DNA of 61,834 nucleotides, the filler included, from Globobulimina sp. (lineage: Eukaryota): assembly GCA_003354225.1 (NCBI GenBank). It is 26 parts of 26 records of this genome, joined end to end, with 100 filler letters (N's around TTAATTAATTAA, not from the genome) between each part and the next. Parts side by side here need not be neighbours in the genome. Positions count along the whole stretch, not along the records: positions 1 to 2,284 come from PIVH01007668.1; positions 2,385 to 4,667 come from PIVH01007669.1; positions 4,768 to 7,050 come from PIVH01007670.1; positions 7,151 to 9,433 come from PIVH01007671.1; positions 9,534 to 11,816 come from PIVH01007672.1; 21 more parts are not named here. One strand, written 5' to 3'. The notes beneath the pieces are model-generated. The model did not search any database, was not told the origin of the DNA, and saw only the letters and a list, made by a program, of their open reading frames with translations. The position numbers and the translations under genes were made by a program. This document shows, in pieces, positions 1 to 11,778 of the stretch. Position 1 is the stretch's first letter; every line of letters begins with the position of its first letter.

Positions 1-2
1 CA

Positions 3-629
3 CAAATTTCACCATTTCAAAGTGAAGGATATGTAACACCACAATCTCTCCACTGCCAAACAAAGAAAGATGACGAATATAAAAATAACATCGTTTCTGA
101 TGAAGAAAAATTGAAAACAATGAGTTTATCTCAATTTCAAAATGTGTCAATTGAGGATTTAGTTTTGAATGATGACTCATTGCGCGATCATTATGATATT
201 TGTAAGAAGATTTGTAAATATTTTGATTCAAAATTCAACGACACAGATACAGTTTGTATGGTTGCTGATATCGGTAAACAGCCACAAATGTCATATTGGT
301 GCAAAGGAGATTGGCTTAGAAAACATGAAAATATATGCAATGGGAAACATATATTAATTTACAGAGCAAGTAAGCACATCGTTGCTGAACAACCCATTGT
401 TACACATAAAGAATTTGAGAAATATGTTAAAAAAATATCTATTCAAAATCAAGATAAATCATGCACGGAAATAGGGAATATGTTGGATGCCAAATTTGGA
501 AATGGATGTCATTTCGCAAGGTCTACTACAAAAAAACCGGAATATGACATATATTGTAGATATAGCAATAAATATGAGTGTGGATTCAAATTGCCATCTA
601 ATGCATATATTATTGCATGGAGACGATGA
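3..629 (+). CDS. 5'-truncated hypothetical protein with two possible dynein-light-chain (LC8)-like modules
   Basis: Frame open from base 3 to TGA 629. Two segments (KKICKYFDSKF...HILIYRA; TEIGNMLDAKFG...YIIAWRR) resemble the LC8 pattern I...FD.K....C.V...ILLFK. Confidence 0.45.
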   Translation, partial: QISPFQSEGYVTPQSLHCQTKKDDEYKNNIVSDEEKLKTMSLSQFQNVSIEDLVLNDDSLRDHYDICKKICKYFDSKFNDTDTVCMVADIGKQPQMSYWCKGDWLRKHENICNGKHILIYRASKHIVAEQPIVTHKEFEKYVKKISIQNQDKSCTEIGNMLDAKFGNGCHFARSTTKKPEYDIYCRYSNKYECGFKLPSNAYIIAWRR

Positions 630-1030
630 TCGTAAAATATTGTTTAATTTTGTGTGTTTGTCATTTTGTGTGTGCAAAAACAAGTATGATTTTGAGATTC
701 AATTTTGTTTTGATGAGTTCTGCAACAAAACAGACGATGAAAACGCTATGCTCCTCCTTGTTGTTTGCATTTTTAATTTGGATGCATAAAAATGTAATAA
801 AAATGGTCAGCCGAGCGGATAGGCTGCGGATTAGAGTCAGAGGATAGTGTCTAGTGCCAGTGTAAGTATTTTGTAGTACGAAATAATTCCGTCAGCTCAC
901 AAAATAATGCCGCATTAGTTTGACACTGTGCAAATAGAAAGACGTACTTTTGTTAATTCAAAAAAATTGAGATTTATAGTAAGTGATAATAAGTGTTTAA
1001 ATATACATTAGATATGAATTTGGTCATCCA

Positions 1031-2245
1031 TTATACACTGCAGCGCCCCCAAACATTGACTGTATTCCTTGGACTCACATCAGAACGAAACATGTTTGGT
1101 TCTATCAAGACATTCCAACAATGACATTCTGAATTGTATTCTAGAGCATGTTCCATATTATTCAATATATTCTTTGTTATAAAATCTGCCACATTCGAAT
1201 CACATAACATTAATATGGATCGATTCTCTTTTTTACTGTACGGAATTATTACACATCTGACCAGCCAATTAACCAAATCTGCATCACCTTCGCCATCAAA
1301 ACATATAAAATCCGCAATAAATGCAGTAGTGTTTAATGTGCATTCACTCAAAGCGATTAATTTCAGAATTTGCGATCGTGTTCGTCCCATTTTTGAGCTA
1401 ATAAATAATTCCAATAATAATTGATTTCTTTTTAATTTGTTGAATTTAATATCATTTGTATTTATATCTTGTTTTATTAATCTGCTGCTTAATACATCCA
1501 CACACGCTATAAATTCAGAAACATTTTGCTTTAAAATGTCCGCTTTGATATGCATGGCATCATTAAAATATTTCTGTCCACAGATAAATAGCTCAGCATT
1601 TGTTGTATTTAAAAATAATTTATAATGCCGATGAACAAATTGTGGGAGGAGTTTTGTTTTATTGTACATGTTAAATGCTTGCAAATAAATTCTAAAATAT
1701 TCTGCATTCATATTACAATCATGGTACATCCACATTACTGTTTGAAATAAAATGAAATCAGTATTTTTTGAATGTATTCTCAAATATTCCCTTACCAATT
1801 CTTGTGATGGTATAAAATAGTTTTTGATGCAATTTATTTTGTTGACAAATCTAATGCGTTGCTTCAATAATTTTTTTAATTGGTTGAAAATAATAGTTAC
1901 TGTCAGTAAATCAGGCTGGATTTTCATATTTTGCATTACTTTTAGATAAAAACAACAATCTGTGTTATTTGCTGTTATCTCATTTTTCACAAAATAAGCA
2001 TTCAAAAATTCATTCCAAAAATTTAGATTCAAACAATTCGTTGTTTTATTCTGCTGCATAGAGGCAATTAGATTCATAACAGATTTTAAATCGCGAAATA
2101 AATGTTTTCTGTGTCTATAACAGTTGAAACTTTCCAAAAATTGGTATAATTCCTGAGTGGAACATGTGTTGTTGGTTGCGTGCATTGTTGGAGCACGCGA
2201 CTCTGTCATAGATGATGATGCATCAAAATGATTTATTGTAAACAT
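1031..2245 (-). CDS. Hypothetical 404-aa protein, possibly a degenerate PPR(-Smr) protein
   Basis: Long ORF. MQNMKIQPDLLTVTIIFN resembles a PPR motif; the C-terminus only loosely resembles Smr. Confidence 0.45.
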   Translation of the reverse strand: MFTINHFDASSSMTESRAPTMHATNNTCSTQELYQFLESFNCYRHRKHLFRDLKSVMNLIASMQQNKTTNCLNLNFWNEFLNAYFVKNEITANNTDCCFYLKVMQNMKIQPDLLTVTIIFNQLKKLLKQRIRFVNKINCIKNYFIPSQELVREYLRIHSKNTDFILFQTVMWMYHDCNMNAEYFRIYLQAFNMYNKTKLLPQFVHRHYKLFLNTTNAELFICGQKYFNDAMHIKADILKQNVSEFIACVDVLSSRLIKQDINTNDIKFNKLKRNQLLLELFISSKMGRTRSQILKLIALSECTLNTTAFIADFICFDGEGDADLVNWLVRCVIIPYSKKENRSILMLCDSNVADFITKNILNNMEHALEYNSECHCWNVLIEPNMFRSDVSPRNTVNVWGRCSV

Positions 2246-2284
2246 CCCTGGTTTTTTGCCATGCGCTTAGTGATGCGAGTGAGG

Positions 2285-2384
2285 NNNNNNNNNNNNNNNN
2301 NNNNNNNNNNNNNNNNNNNNNNNNNNNNTTAATTAATTAANNNNNNNNNNNNNNNNNNNNNNNNNNNNNNNNNNNNNNNNNNNN
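2285..2384. other. Artificial contig-joining linker (N44-TTAATTAATTAA-N44); first of 25
   Basis: The same 100-nt spacer with six-frame stops recurs every ~2.38 kb, starting at 2285, 4668, 7051, 9434, 11817, 14200, 16583, 18966, 21349, 23731, 26113, 28495, 30877, 33259, 35641, 38023, 40405, 42787, 45169, 47550, 49931, 52312, 54693, 57074 and 59455. Contig lengths fall from 2284 to about 2280. Confidence 0.98.
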
Positions 2385-4481
2385 AAAACATCATTATCAT
2401 TGTCTCCATCGCCTCCGCCACAACTACGAGTTTTGCCGTATGATATACCCGGCCCACCATCGATAAATAACACTTATTATACGGGAGAAGAGGTTTATTT
2501 TAATGATGATATTGCTTTATTGTGCAAAGAAAAAAAATATAATTTATTAGCTATTAAAAAACAGAATGATGACACGATAATCGATGATGATATGGACGTA
2601 ATTCAAGTTGACGAAGATTGTGATTATAATACGGATAATGAAATATTGTCTGCAAATATTATAACATATACACCACAACAAATGAGCAACGACGTAGTTG
2701 TATGTAATCCGATTGTGGTCGCAAATGATTCTATAAATAATAACGAGAAACGGTATAATTTATTACATGAACGCGGCATAAATCCATGGTTTCCGAAGGA
2801 TTCATTGCGAATTTATTTGCAAGATCGAGATATTTGGTTAAATGGTGTGGTGATTGATGCGATATGGAATCCAAAAGCAAAATATATCTCAGTTCATCAT
2901 TATGGAATGCCATGGATTGTGGACACGAAATATGCGATATTTTCGTTGGATTTACTGCCCATTTTTGATGCGAATATTGTCTCTTCAATGACCACACAAC
3001 CACAGCCACAAAGAATTGCAGTTACAAATAAGAGGTTGTTATTGATTGATAGGTTGGAGAATGGCACACCGATAAAAGTATGGGGACCGCCCTGGAGATA
3101 TGGCCGCATTTTGTGGCGCTGGAATGACACTGATTTGGTTTGTATACAGTTTAATGGACAGAATGTAGAAAATTGTAAAACGTTTCATGCCCATAATAAA
3201 CGATGGAAAATTACAATTTTATCGCATGACAGACCGGATAAAAATGGATGTACTGCGCCGCCTACATTGCAAATGGCGAAACCTATTCATGTGACATTGA
3301 ACAAAATAGATTTAATATCAACCGATGATGACTCAGAAAATGATATTATTTTAGCTGTGAAACCAGCACAAGACATTAAAGAAAAAAGTATAAATAAGAA
3401 AAGTAAAAAAAGTAAGACTGAGGGTGCTGATGGCAATGATAGTGATTATTTATACGATGCTTCTGCGAATATTGACAATGTGGACAATGCCGCAAAATTT
3501 AAAGAATTACAGGATAACTTTATGGATTATATCATAAATGAAGATGACAATGACATTGATAAACGAGGCATTATTATCGAACAAAAAGTGGAGGAAGAAA
3601 TCAATAAAAAATATGAATTGATTGAGAAAATTGATATTTCTTCGAATATTTTAACCATTCAAGAAAATGAAAAGAATAAAGATGAAAATTTTAATGAAGA
3701 GAAAAAATCGAAAGTGAATATGATAAATTTCGATGAGAGCGAATATGCCGCGGATGGATCGCGAAGATTTTATAAAACACGAAATCGAACAAACAAAATA
3801 AACAAAATGAAGAAAATAAAAAAGTATAAATTGTTATCCGACGATGAGAATAATAGTAATTTCTATGATATTTTAGTGTATGGCGTCGAAGAAGGTTCAT
3901 GTTTTTACCCCCAACAAAATATATTAATTTTATGGAAGTTTATGGGCGAACAGCACGCAAACATCACCTTAGAATTTGAGGTAAATTTGCTGCATAAACA
4001 ATATTTAAACGTCATCCCAGTCGGTAAAAAGAAGAAGAAATTATCCGTATATTGGGATAAAATGTCATTATTGAAACATCGCATGAATTCTATTTGGATA
4101 AAATGTAATAATCGCGGCGAATATATGTACAATACACTGTTACCCAAAGATATATGTTGCAATCAGGACATTTATAAAATAAATGTCTGCTTAAAAACTG
4201 ACAGATGCTGTCAAGGAAATTCTTTTGAATTCGAAGTTCGCAGTATTTTATGTTCTGCAAATCTCTAAAAACAATTCTTATCCGCTCTCAGTCACAAACA
4301 CAAAAAAGAAATATTAAATCCATTGACCACAGACTCGGAGTATAACCTTCGAAATAAGGACTATTGTCGAGATAATGGCGTGTGGTGTCCGTGCGGCGCT
4401 GTTGCAACAACGCGGGATGACTACGAAAGCAATTACAGCGTAGAATGGATACAATGCGACAAATGTAATTGTTGCCACTAA
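2385..4481 (+). pseudogene. Chromatin-reader-like protein (Tudor-like x2, chromo-like, partial PHD) with in-frame TAA at 4266-4268
   Basis: The 622-aa ORF continues in frame past TAA into VWCPCG...EWIQCDKCNCCH (first half of a PHD finger). ILWKFMGEQHANITLEFEVNL resembles a chromodomain. Two W-rich beta modules resemble Tudor/Agenet. Confidence 0.5.
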
Positions 4482-4767
4482 AATATCACTCTAGGGGGCA
4501 GACTTTACCGAATACTGAACAGCTTCGCAATGATCCTTGTAGACACTGTGACAGGTCACACTTTATACTCTGCCCTCATCGCGCTCTTATTGCTTTTTCA
4601 TCATCAGCTGATAAATGGATTTTTGTTATGGCTCACCCTAAGTTTAAGTTTTCGACAACGCATTACCNNNNNNNNNNNNNNNNNNNNNNNNNNNNNNNNN
4701 NNNNNNNNNNNTTAATTAATTAANNNNNNNNNNNNNNNNNNNNNNNNNNNNNNNNNNNNNNNNNNNN

Positions 4768-7050
4768 AATCTACGACGATTACTTATCGCCGCAAGAAGC
4801 CTCGCACAAAATTATGAATTGGATCAGGAGAGAAAAATCCAACAATGACTGTGACGCAAATATCAGGTACAACATTACAATAATTTACATATTGTATTAC
4901 ATAATATATCCTTGCACTGCATTCACATAACAACAATAACACAGACATTGTTTGTACGGATTAGATACGAAATACATTGTCATGGCATTGGTATTGCACG
5001 AGATTCATTTTTGTTTAATGTGCTCGCAATTATTATTTGGTACGCAATATAAAGAGCGGTTGAATAACGACTCGGACAGCAATAACAATGATGAATCGTA
5101 TCAATTATTACATATATCGATACTGAGGGAATACTTAAATATCGAGTTCAATATCCGTACAAATATAAATAACCGCTATAATATTGAGAATATTGTGGAT
5201 GATTTTGTGTTATTAATTGTCTTGAAAGAGAATCAGTACTTACCCTCCATCCCATCATTGGATATGGAAGCTTTGTTGGAGTCATACAAGCAAATTTTAA
5301 CCACGTTCCCCATGGATGAATACATAGTAAATAAAGGAGAAATTAATTTTCATTTATTGCATAAATTATTTTTAAACTTAGCGCAAAAGGAAGGTCAATT
5401 ATTGTCCAATGTGTATGAGGTATTAATCCGACATTATCACCGCTTATCTGGCTATACCTACACTGACGATGCCGATAAGGAACTGATTTTCCCCACGGAT
5501 GGCATTGAAAACACTGTGGAAACTTGTATGGATATCAAGGAAATGACGGAAAATCTAAATTTGTTAAAAGATGGCCAGCAACAGTACATGGACCGATATT
5601 ATATGCAACGTTTTGGCGAAACCCGAGAGCTTCAAAAGCCTAAGCTCTGTAATGATTATTTGAAAACATTAGAATGGATATTGAAATATTATTATTTTGG
5701 CTGTATGTCTTGGAGCTGGTCATATAAATATCATTATGCTCCATTCATCACTGATTTATTAGACCTCACCAACCAAAACAAAAATAATTTGCACTTTGTC
5801 TTTAATGTCGGTACACCGTTGACCCCTTTCGAGGAGTTAATGGTTGTATTACCATCTGAGTCCCACATGAATTTAATGCCGGAATACTGTTTCCAATTTA
5901 TATCGGATGAAAAGTTCAAAACCTGCGGCATGAATGACTTATTATATCCAAATAAATATATAATTGACACCAATTATCATTTAATCGCTGCCAACAGTGT
6001 CTTAGTGCCATTGTTGCCGTTTATAAACATCCATACTTTTAAACTGTTATTGGCCCAAATCAATCAGGAGAAAAAAGACAAAAATATGAAATTACCATTG
6101 ACGGATAAAGAAAGTCAACGCAATATGTTATATACAGCGCGCATTTTTCGTTATGACCGGGAAAAAGCAAACGAATCACTTAAGTTACATGGTCCGTTAT
6201 CATTTGGTATATTCGACGATGTTGTCAGTTGTATTCGAAATAATGCAAATATTAATTACAATCAACACAAATTCGTCCCGCGACCGTTAAAAGGTGCGAG
6301 GTTTATTATTCCTGGCTTCCCCAAATTAAAATATTTTAATTACACATCGTCCATCAAACAGATTGGATTACGGGCGTTTGGCTTTGAGTCCTTATACAAA
6401 ACATTGGTTTTGAAACACATTCGTGAGGAGGACCAGAACAGGGAAGAGCTGGAGGAATATGCTGCGTTGCTCGGCAATAAATTGTCTGTGTTTATTGATT
6501 GGCCGTACTTCATAGAAGCAAAGGTGTTTTATGTGGAAACTCGCAAATATATTTATCAGCAATATAACAAGACACAGCATACAAACTTTGAAATGTTCAA
6601 TTTCGACCAACGATGCTTGCGACTAAGCGATCAATTCTTGCGTTTAAAGGGTGTGGATGTCGGCGTGGTGCATTGTTTGGTGCATTGTTTCCCATTAACT
6701 TCCATGTTTCGACAGGAAAATCGAATGAAGATTATCAAGAAATTTAGCAATAAATATATCTCGATCCCGATGCAGATGGTATGGACACAGGATAAGTTAA
6801 CCAATTTTAATTATTTTGACTCGCGATTTATGGATCAGAAAGTCGATAAAAAATTGGAATTGAGAATAGGTTCGGTTCTGTTCTATAAAATGTATTTCTT
6901 TTCAATAAAAATATTGTTTTGTTTGACGACACAGGTTCGGATGTTATGTATATCGGTGGTCTGCACGCGACCTTATTTGGCTGTGTTGGCAGAATAACGT
7001 CGCAAACCAGGAATGGCACCATAAATATTGCAGTTTTGCCCTCCAACATC
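4768..7050 (+). CDS. XRN1: XRN1-family 5'-3' exoribonuclease homologue, partial, active site degenerate; introns 4867-4944 and 6870-6934
   Basis: After splicing GT-AG introns: HKIMNWIR...HCLYGLD, IVDDFVL, WILKYYYFGCMSWSWSYKYHYAPF, PLTPFEELMVVLP, PLLPFIN, PGFPKL, FIDWPYFIEA. Confidence 0.9.
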
Positions 7051-7151
7051 NNNNNNNNNNNNNNNNNNNNNNNNNNNNNNNNNNNNNNNNNNNNTTAATT
7101 AATTAANNNNNNNNNNNNNNNNNNNNNNNNNNNNNNNNNNNNNNNNNNNNG

Positions 7152-7346
7152 TTAAAATCGCAATGGTATAAAAGAAAGAAATTTTATGATGAAAAAAAAT
7201 ATGATATAGAGCAGGTTATTGTTGATTATACAAAAGTTATGAATTATAAACCAGAAAATAGTGATGATATAGATTGTGTAGAATTCCCCATACAAAACAA
7301 AACATTGCAAAATGATTTGGATGAACTTAAAAAACTTATGAAATAA
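7152..7346 (+). CDS. 3' fragment of unknown gene
   Basis: Open frame from contig start (LKSQWYKRKKFYDEKK...DELKKLMK) to TAA. Confidence 0.35.
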   Translation, partial: LKSQWYKRKKFYDEKKYDIEQVIVDYTKVMNYKPENSDDIDCVEFPIQNKTLQNDLDELKKLMK

Positions 7347-7488
7347 TATTATTCATATTGGTTTTCAATTTAAAATTGAGCTGATAGTTATTTATCTAAT
7401 ATGTGGGTTTCTGAAAAGACAGTCAAAATATTCACATCGGACAATTATTTGCACCATAAATAAACATTGCAGTCCTCTGAAATGATAC

Positions 7489-8660
7489 TTAGATAAATTT
7501 ATTTACAATTTTCTTTTTAATGATTCGTTGAAATATATTATAACATGGTTTGTGTATGCAACAACATATTATTTTATAATAATCAGCAACAAAATCGAAT
7601 GCTAAATAAACACATAAAAAATTGGTGATTGAATCCAATGAAATTATGAAAACATGTAATATCCAATTAACTGTATCCCAATTAAATACCTTATATTTCC
7701 CATCAGATTGAGCTGGACCAAAATAATGTAAAAACCATGACAACAATGATACTGACCATACTAATGAAGTAGTTAACATTGCTGGTACAGTCAATACAAT
7801 TAATCGTACATTAACTGTCAGCACTCGTTGCTGCTTTGCATTTAATTCAATACCGTCACTCAGTTTTTTAATTTTGTTTTTAGACGATAATGATGTTGAC
7901 AACAATGATGTTGTTGTTGTTGTTGTCAATGTTGTGGACGTATTTGTTTTGCTTTTGCTTTTTGATGATGTGCTTCGAGAGGGCTCTACTAACTCAACAC
8001 TGCGACTGCTGTTAAATGTAATACTGACTGCTAACAAGATTAAATTTCTACAAAATAAATAAGTTATAACTACAGTCAATATTCCATCAATTATCCATAA
8101 AAACGCTTCCGTGATAAATAATATTAAAAATGTGCTTGATGTAGTAGGGGAATTAAGTAACGGTATTCAGAAACATCTACAAATAATACATGATGTTCCT
8201 GAATAAAACCATAGTGATCATACCTTAATGTGTTACCAGATACATCATAATTGATTGCATATAAAACTATCCAAATTGAATATGTTATAAAATAGGAAAT
8301 AAGTAATCCAAATATAAACATATAGACTCGATCAGATGATCTGTATTGTGAGACTCTAAATGTTTGATGATATCTTAATACAATGATTAAGTAGAGACAT
8401 ATGTTGACAATGGCGTAAAATATGTTGAAAAATAAATTATATATAAATCGTTGCTCGTTTTCAGCAATAAAAGAAAACCAATTACATATTGTAAGAGGAA
8501 TATACGTCACTGAAAATATAAAACATAATATTTTCAGTGATAATGATATATCGGTAGTTTCTTCCAGCATAAATAAATTGTGTAACAAATGCAGTGACAG
8601 CACTAGGATAATAATACCCACACATATTGCGATAACGCCCTCTGTACTGTCCAGATTCAT
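7489..8660 (-). CDS. Divergent 7TM GPCR-like protein, split by a single-base frameshift near 8150
   Basis: ORFs 8124-8660 and 7489-8079 together give about 7 hydrophobic helices with a TM7-like LDSITNFLCVYLAF and a Cys-rich tail. The frames join near EYRYL/NSPTTSS and no GT-AG intron is evident. Confidence 0.7.
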
Positions 8661-8712
8661 TGAATGTTAACTTTACTTAATTTTCCAGAGCTGAAAATAA
8701 GATCAAAACAAA

Positions 8713-9180
8713 ATGCAGAGTCAGACACCATGTCCAAGTGAAAACAAAAAGGCAAATAATTCAGCAAGTCAATTCCCAGATGTTTATGGTTTCATTTTGT
8801 GGATATTCATTCGACTTGGAAGTGTATTGTATTTGATGTGGGCATTCATTCCTGATTCAATTTGGCATTCGCAAGGAATAACGTATTATCCATCAAGATA
8901 TTGGGCAATAGCTGTTCCAACATATTTTTGTGTATCTTTTTGGTGTTTAATAATTGGATATGTTGGATATAATTATTACTATACAAATGATTGGAATTCA
9001 ATTTATACGATAAAGGATGGATTTGCTGAATGTCCAATAGAAGCACACCAAGCTGATATAAAACAAATTAAACATAGTATTTCCTGGAATAAACAATATA
9101 ACACAAAGATTATACCACCGGTACCAAATTGTTGCGATTTGAATATAAAATATGTAAATAATGTATTGTTTGATAACTGA
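8713..9180 (+). CDS. PIGP: GPI-GlcNAc transferase subunit P (PIG-P/Gpi19)
   Basis: VYGFILW...YLMWAFIPD...GITYYPSRYWAIAVP signature. Confidence 0.92.
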   Translation: MQSQTPCPSENKKANNSASQFPDVYGFILWIFIRLGSVLYLMWAFIPDSIWHSQGITYYPSRYWAIAVPTYFCVSFWCLIIGYVGYNYYYTNDWNSIYTIKDGFAECPIEAHQADIKQIKHSISWNKQYNTKIIPPVPNCCDLNIKYVNNVLFDN

Positions 9181-9980
9181 TATTCTGACAAGTCGGATAA
9201 CTCGGATTAAATGTAACATTTTGTTCAATCGTTGGTCAATGGTCATTCGTTGTTGTTGTTTAAAGTAAATCAAGAAACCCACCAAAAAATAAAATTTGAA
9301 AATGACATAGCAAAAGTTACAAGCATACAATACGTAACTTTAGAATAACGCAAATATTATATGGACGTATATTTGGAGTGCAAAGTCGAAGTCCGATCAC
9401 TAAAAACACGTGGAATTATATATGATAATCTATNNNNNNNNNNNNNNNNNNNNNNNNNNNNNNNNNNNNNNNNNNNNTTAATTAATTAANNNNNNNNNNN
9501 NNNNNNNNNNNNNNNNNNNNNNNNNNNNNNNNNTGAAGACCAATTTAATGATCAATTAAGCAAAAGCAATTTGTCCAATATTTTTGATTGAACTTGTGAT
9601 CGATTTAGACGAACACCACTGCTTTGTTTCTATATTGTAGTCAAGTTTGAAAGTTGAGGAATGAATGAAGATAGCTCAATAAAGGCTAGTAAACCAAGCG
9701 ACCAGAAGGGCGCAAATTCTCTCAACTGAGGGATATGATTTCTGCTTGTCTTTTATAGGCTAAGCCGGCCTATAGTGGACGGCCACCATTAGGTAAACAC
9801 AAGTATAATAGTACAATCGGTTTTCGATTGACACACACAGGTGTTGTTGCTGTGTTGGCTTTCTTGTTTTGATCACTCGACCCTGATTTTGGCGCCGGCC
9901 CCAGGGCAGGATTTATACCAGACAAAAGGTTCGAATAACAAGAGCCCAGGTGCCCAAACACACAAAAATAGCAGACGGCA

Positions 9981-9990
9981 CTCCTTTCCC
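9981..9990 (-). other. Polypurine tract of the LTR element
   Basis: Minus-strand GGGAAAGGAG directly abuts the TG that starts the downstream LTR. Confidence 0.65.
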
Positions 9991-10314
9991 AACCCAAGAA
10001 TAACATCTTAGAGTCATAATGGCATCGTTTTTGTAATAAACAGGATAAGACACAAACATTGATGTAAAGGCATACAGTAGATGTACTGCAAAGTAATAAG
10101 GCTTTTATTCTTTGATTATAGAATGCAAGATATCTCAACTGATTAAAGTTTTACTGGGGCTTGTATACTGTAGTGACATGTGTAGTAAGGTTTAAATTTA
10201 AACTTTATGTCTTATGCTGATAGATGTAGACCACAAACTTTGACAAAAAGTCAGATTGAGGCTAGAAACAGTATATTTCAAGCTAAAAGGCACTATTTTG
10301 GAAAAGATTACTCT

Positions 10315-10339
10315 GGGCGCCGAAAGGGAAACGGCGCCC
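10315..10339 (-). other. PBS-like sequence within a perfect 8-bp GC hairpin
   Basis: GGGCGCCG-AAAGGGAAA-CGGCGCCC on the plus strand, 2 nt from the LTR-terminal CA. Confidence 0.6.
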
Positions 10340-11744
10340 CCTGCCGTAATAGTAAAACAAATGCTGTAGTGATACTTTTATTCACTTGATAACTCTTATC
10401 ATTACGCTTCAGCATTACTTATCGAGAACGACTCTAGGCACTGGTTGGGAAATGACTCACTAAGCCAATTCACTCCTAACAAAAAGTGGCATATTGTCAT
10501 TGTGCAACAAGTTTCAGACAAATTTTTTATTTACTCTATTTGTCAAATGGTCATATAAGCTGTGTCTGGGTTTTTAAAGCTTTTTTACAACACCTTTTGG
10601 AGTTGAGATTTTATTTTTTGAGCTTGTGATTGTGTTTCATTCCCTTCTTTTGTGATAGGGGGTAATCTATTGACACCCACTGATGGTCGATCAATTCAGC
10701 CTATCTTACATACTCATTAGGTACATATGGCAGATCCCAACCTGTCCCTGTCGTTAGTTTACTCCCGTGTGGTCGGACACTATTTTGAGCCAAACTTTCT
10801 GATGCTCAAAAATGACAAAATTGCATTCTGATACTTGTGTTTGTGTATATGAAAACAAAAAGCATATGATGGCTAATTTGGAGAAAACACAGCTCTCCTG
10901 TTTTATAGTTTTCTGGAATGACTTTCTAGTACACAGAGAGCCTTTTTCTAATCTTTACCAACTTTCTTCATGTATATTGGGTTTACATACATTTTATGAA
11001 GGTTTAAGTCCCTCTGAATCCTGTCGCCATTATATTTTTTAACAAATTTGGGCAAGGTGTGACAGATTGAAGATAGCTCCCCCCGTTACCTGAACCCAAG
11101 AGCTCAGGCTCGAGCATGCGGAAACTTCCCAAATCAAACAGTTTATTAGGGGGTGACACATGCATTGGCACATGTACCAGGGGCATTCCGAGGTAACTAA
11201 CTCCAGTCACGCGTCCAATATTTTGAGGTGGGCTAAAACCAACAATTTGTGTTGATTCTTAGTAGACCACAATAAGTTTAAGGCAAGATAACAACCTTGC
11301 CAAAAATGGATTTTCCTCAAGACTGGTGCCTCCCATAGGGGACATGGTGGCATAACCGGTTTCGCATGAAGCATTATCAAATGCAACACCAGAATTAGAC
11401 TTTTTATGTAAGCTGTTTAGGTCTATTCATTGTTCAGATAAATCATATATCTTTTTCCTTATCCGATTTTAATATACTTGTGTATACGCAGACAAGCAGA
11501 CTGTCAAGTTAATGACCAAGTGTTGACTTTGATAGAAGATCAAGCTAATGATCGGTCAACTTTGGAGATCAATTTAATGATCAAAATAACAAAAGCAACT
11601 TGTCCAATATTTTTGATTGAACTTGTGATCGATTTAGACGAACACCACTGCTTTGTTATTGTCAAATTTGAAAGTTGAGGAATTAATAAAAATGGCTCAG
11701 CAAAGGCTAGCAAAACGAGCGACCAGATGGGCGCAAATTCTCTC

Positions 11745-11778
11745 AACTGAGTGATATGATTTCTGCTTGTCTTTTATA
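11745..11778 (-). promoter_or_regulatory. Pol II core promoter (TATA + Inr) in the LTR; second copy about 9724-9757
   Basis: Minus-strand TATAAAAG (11778-11771) with TCAGTT placing its A 30 nt downstream; present in both repeat copies. Confidence 0.6.

Noticed and set aside
804-900. tRNA or SINE-like segment (CAGCCGAGCGG A-box-like, small hairpin)
   Set aside because: No B box or T-loop and no cloverleaf.
11017-11030. Alternative PBS TGGCGACAGGATTC (minus strand)
   Set aside because: Not preceded by CA and has no matching inverted terminus; the 10342 boundary fits better.
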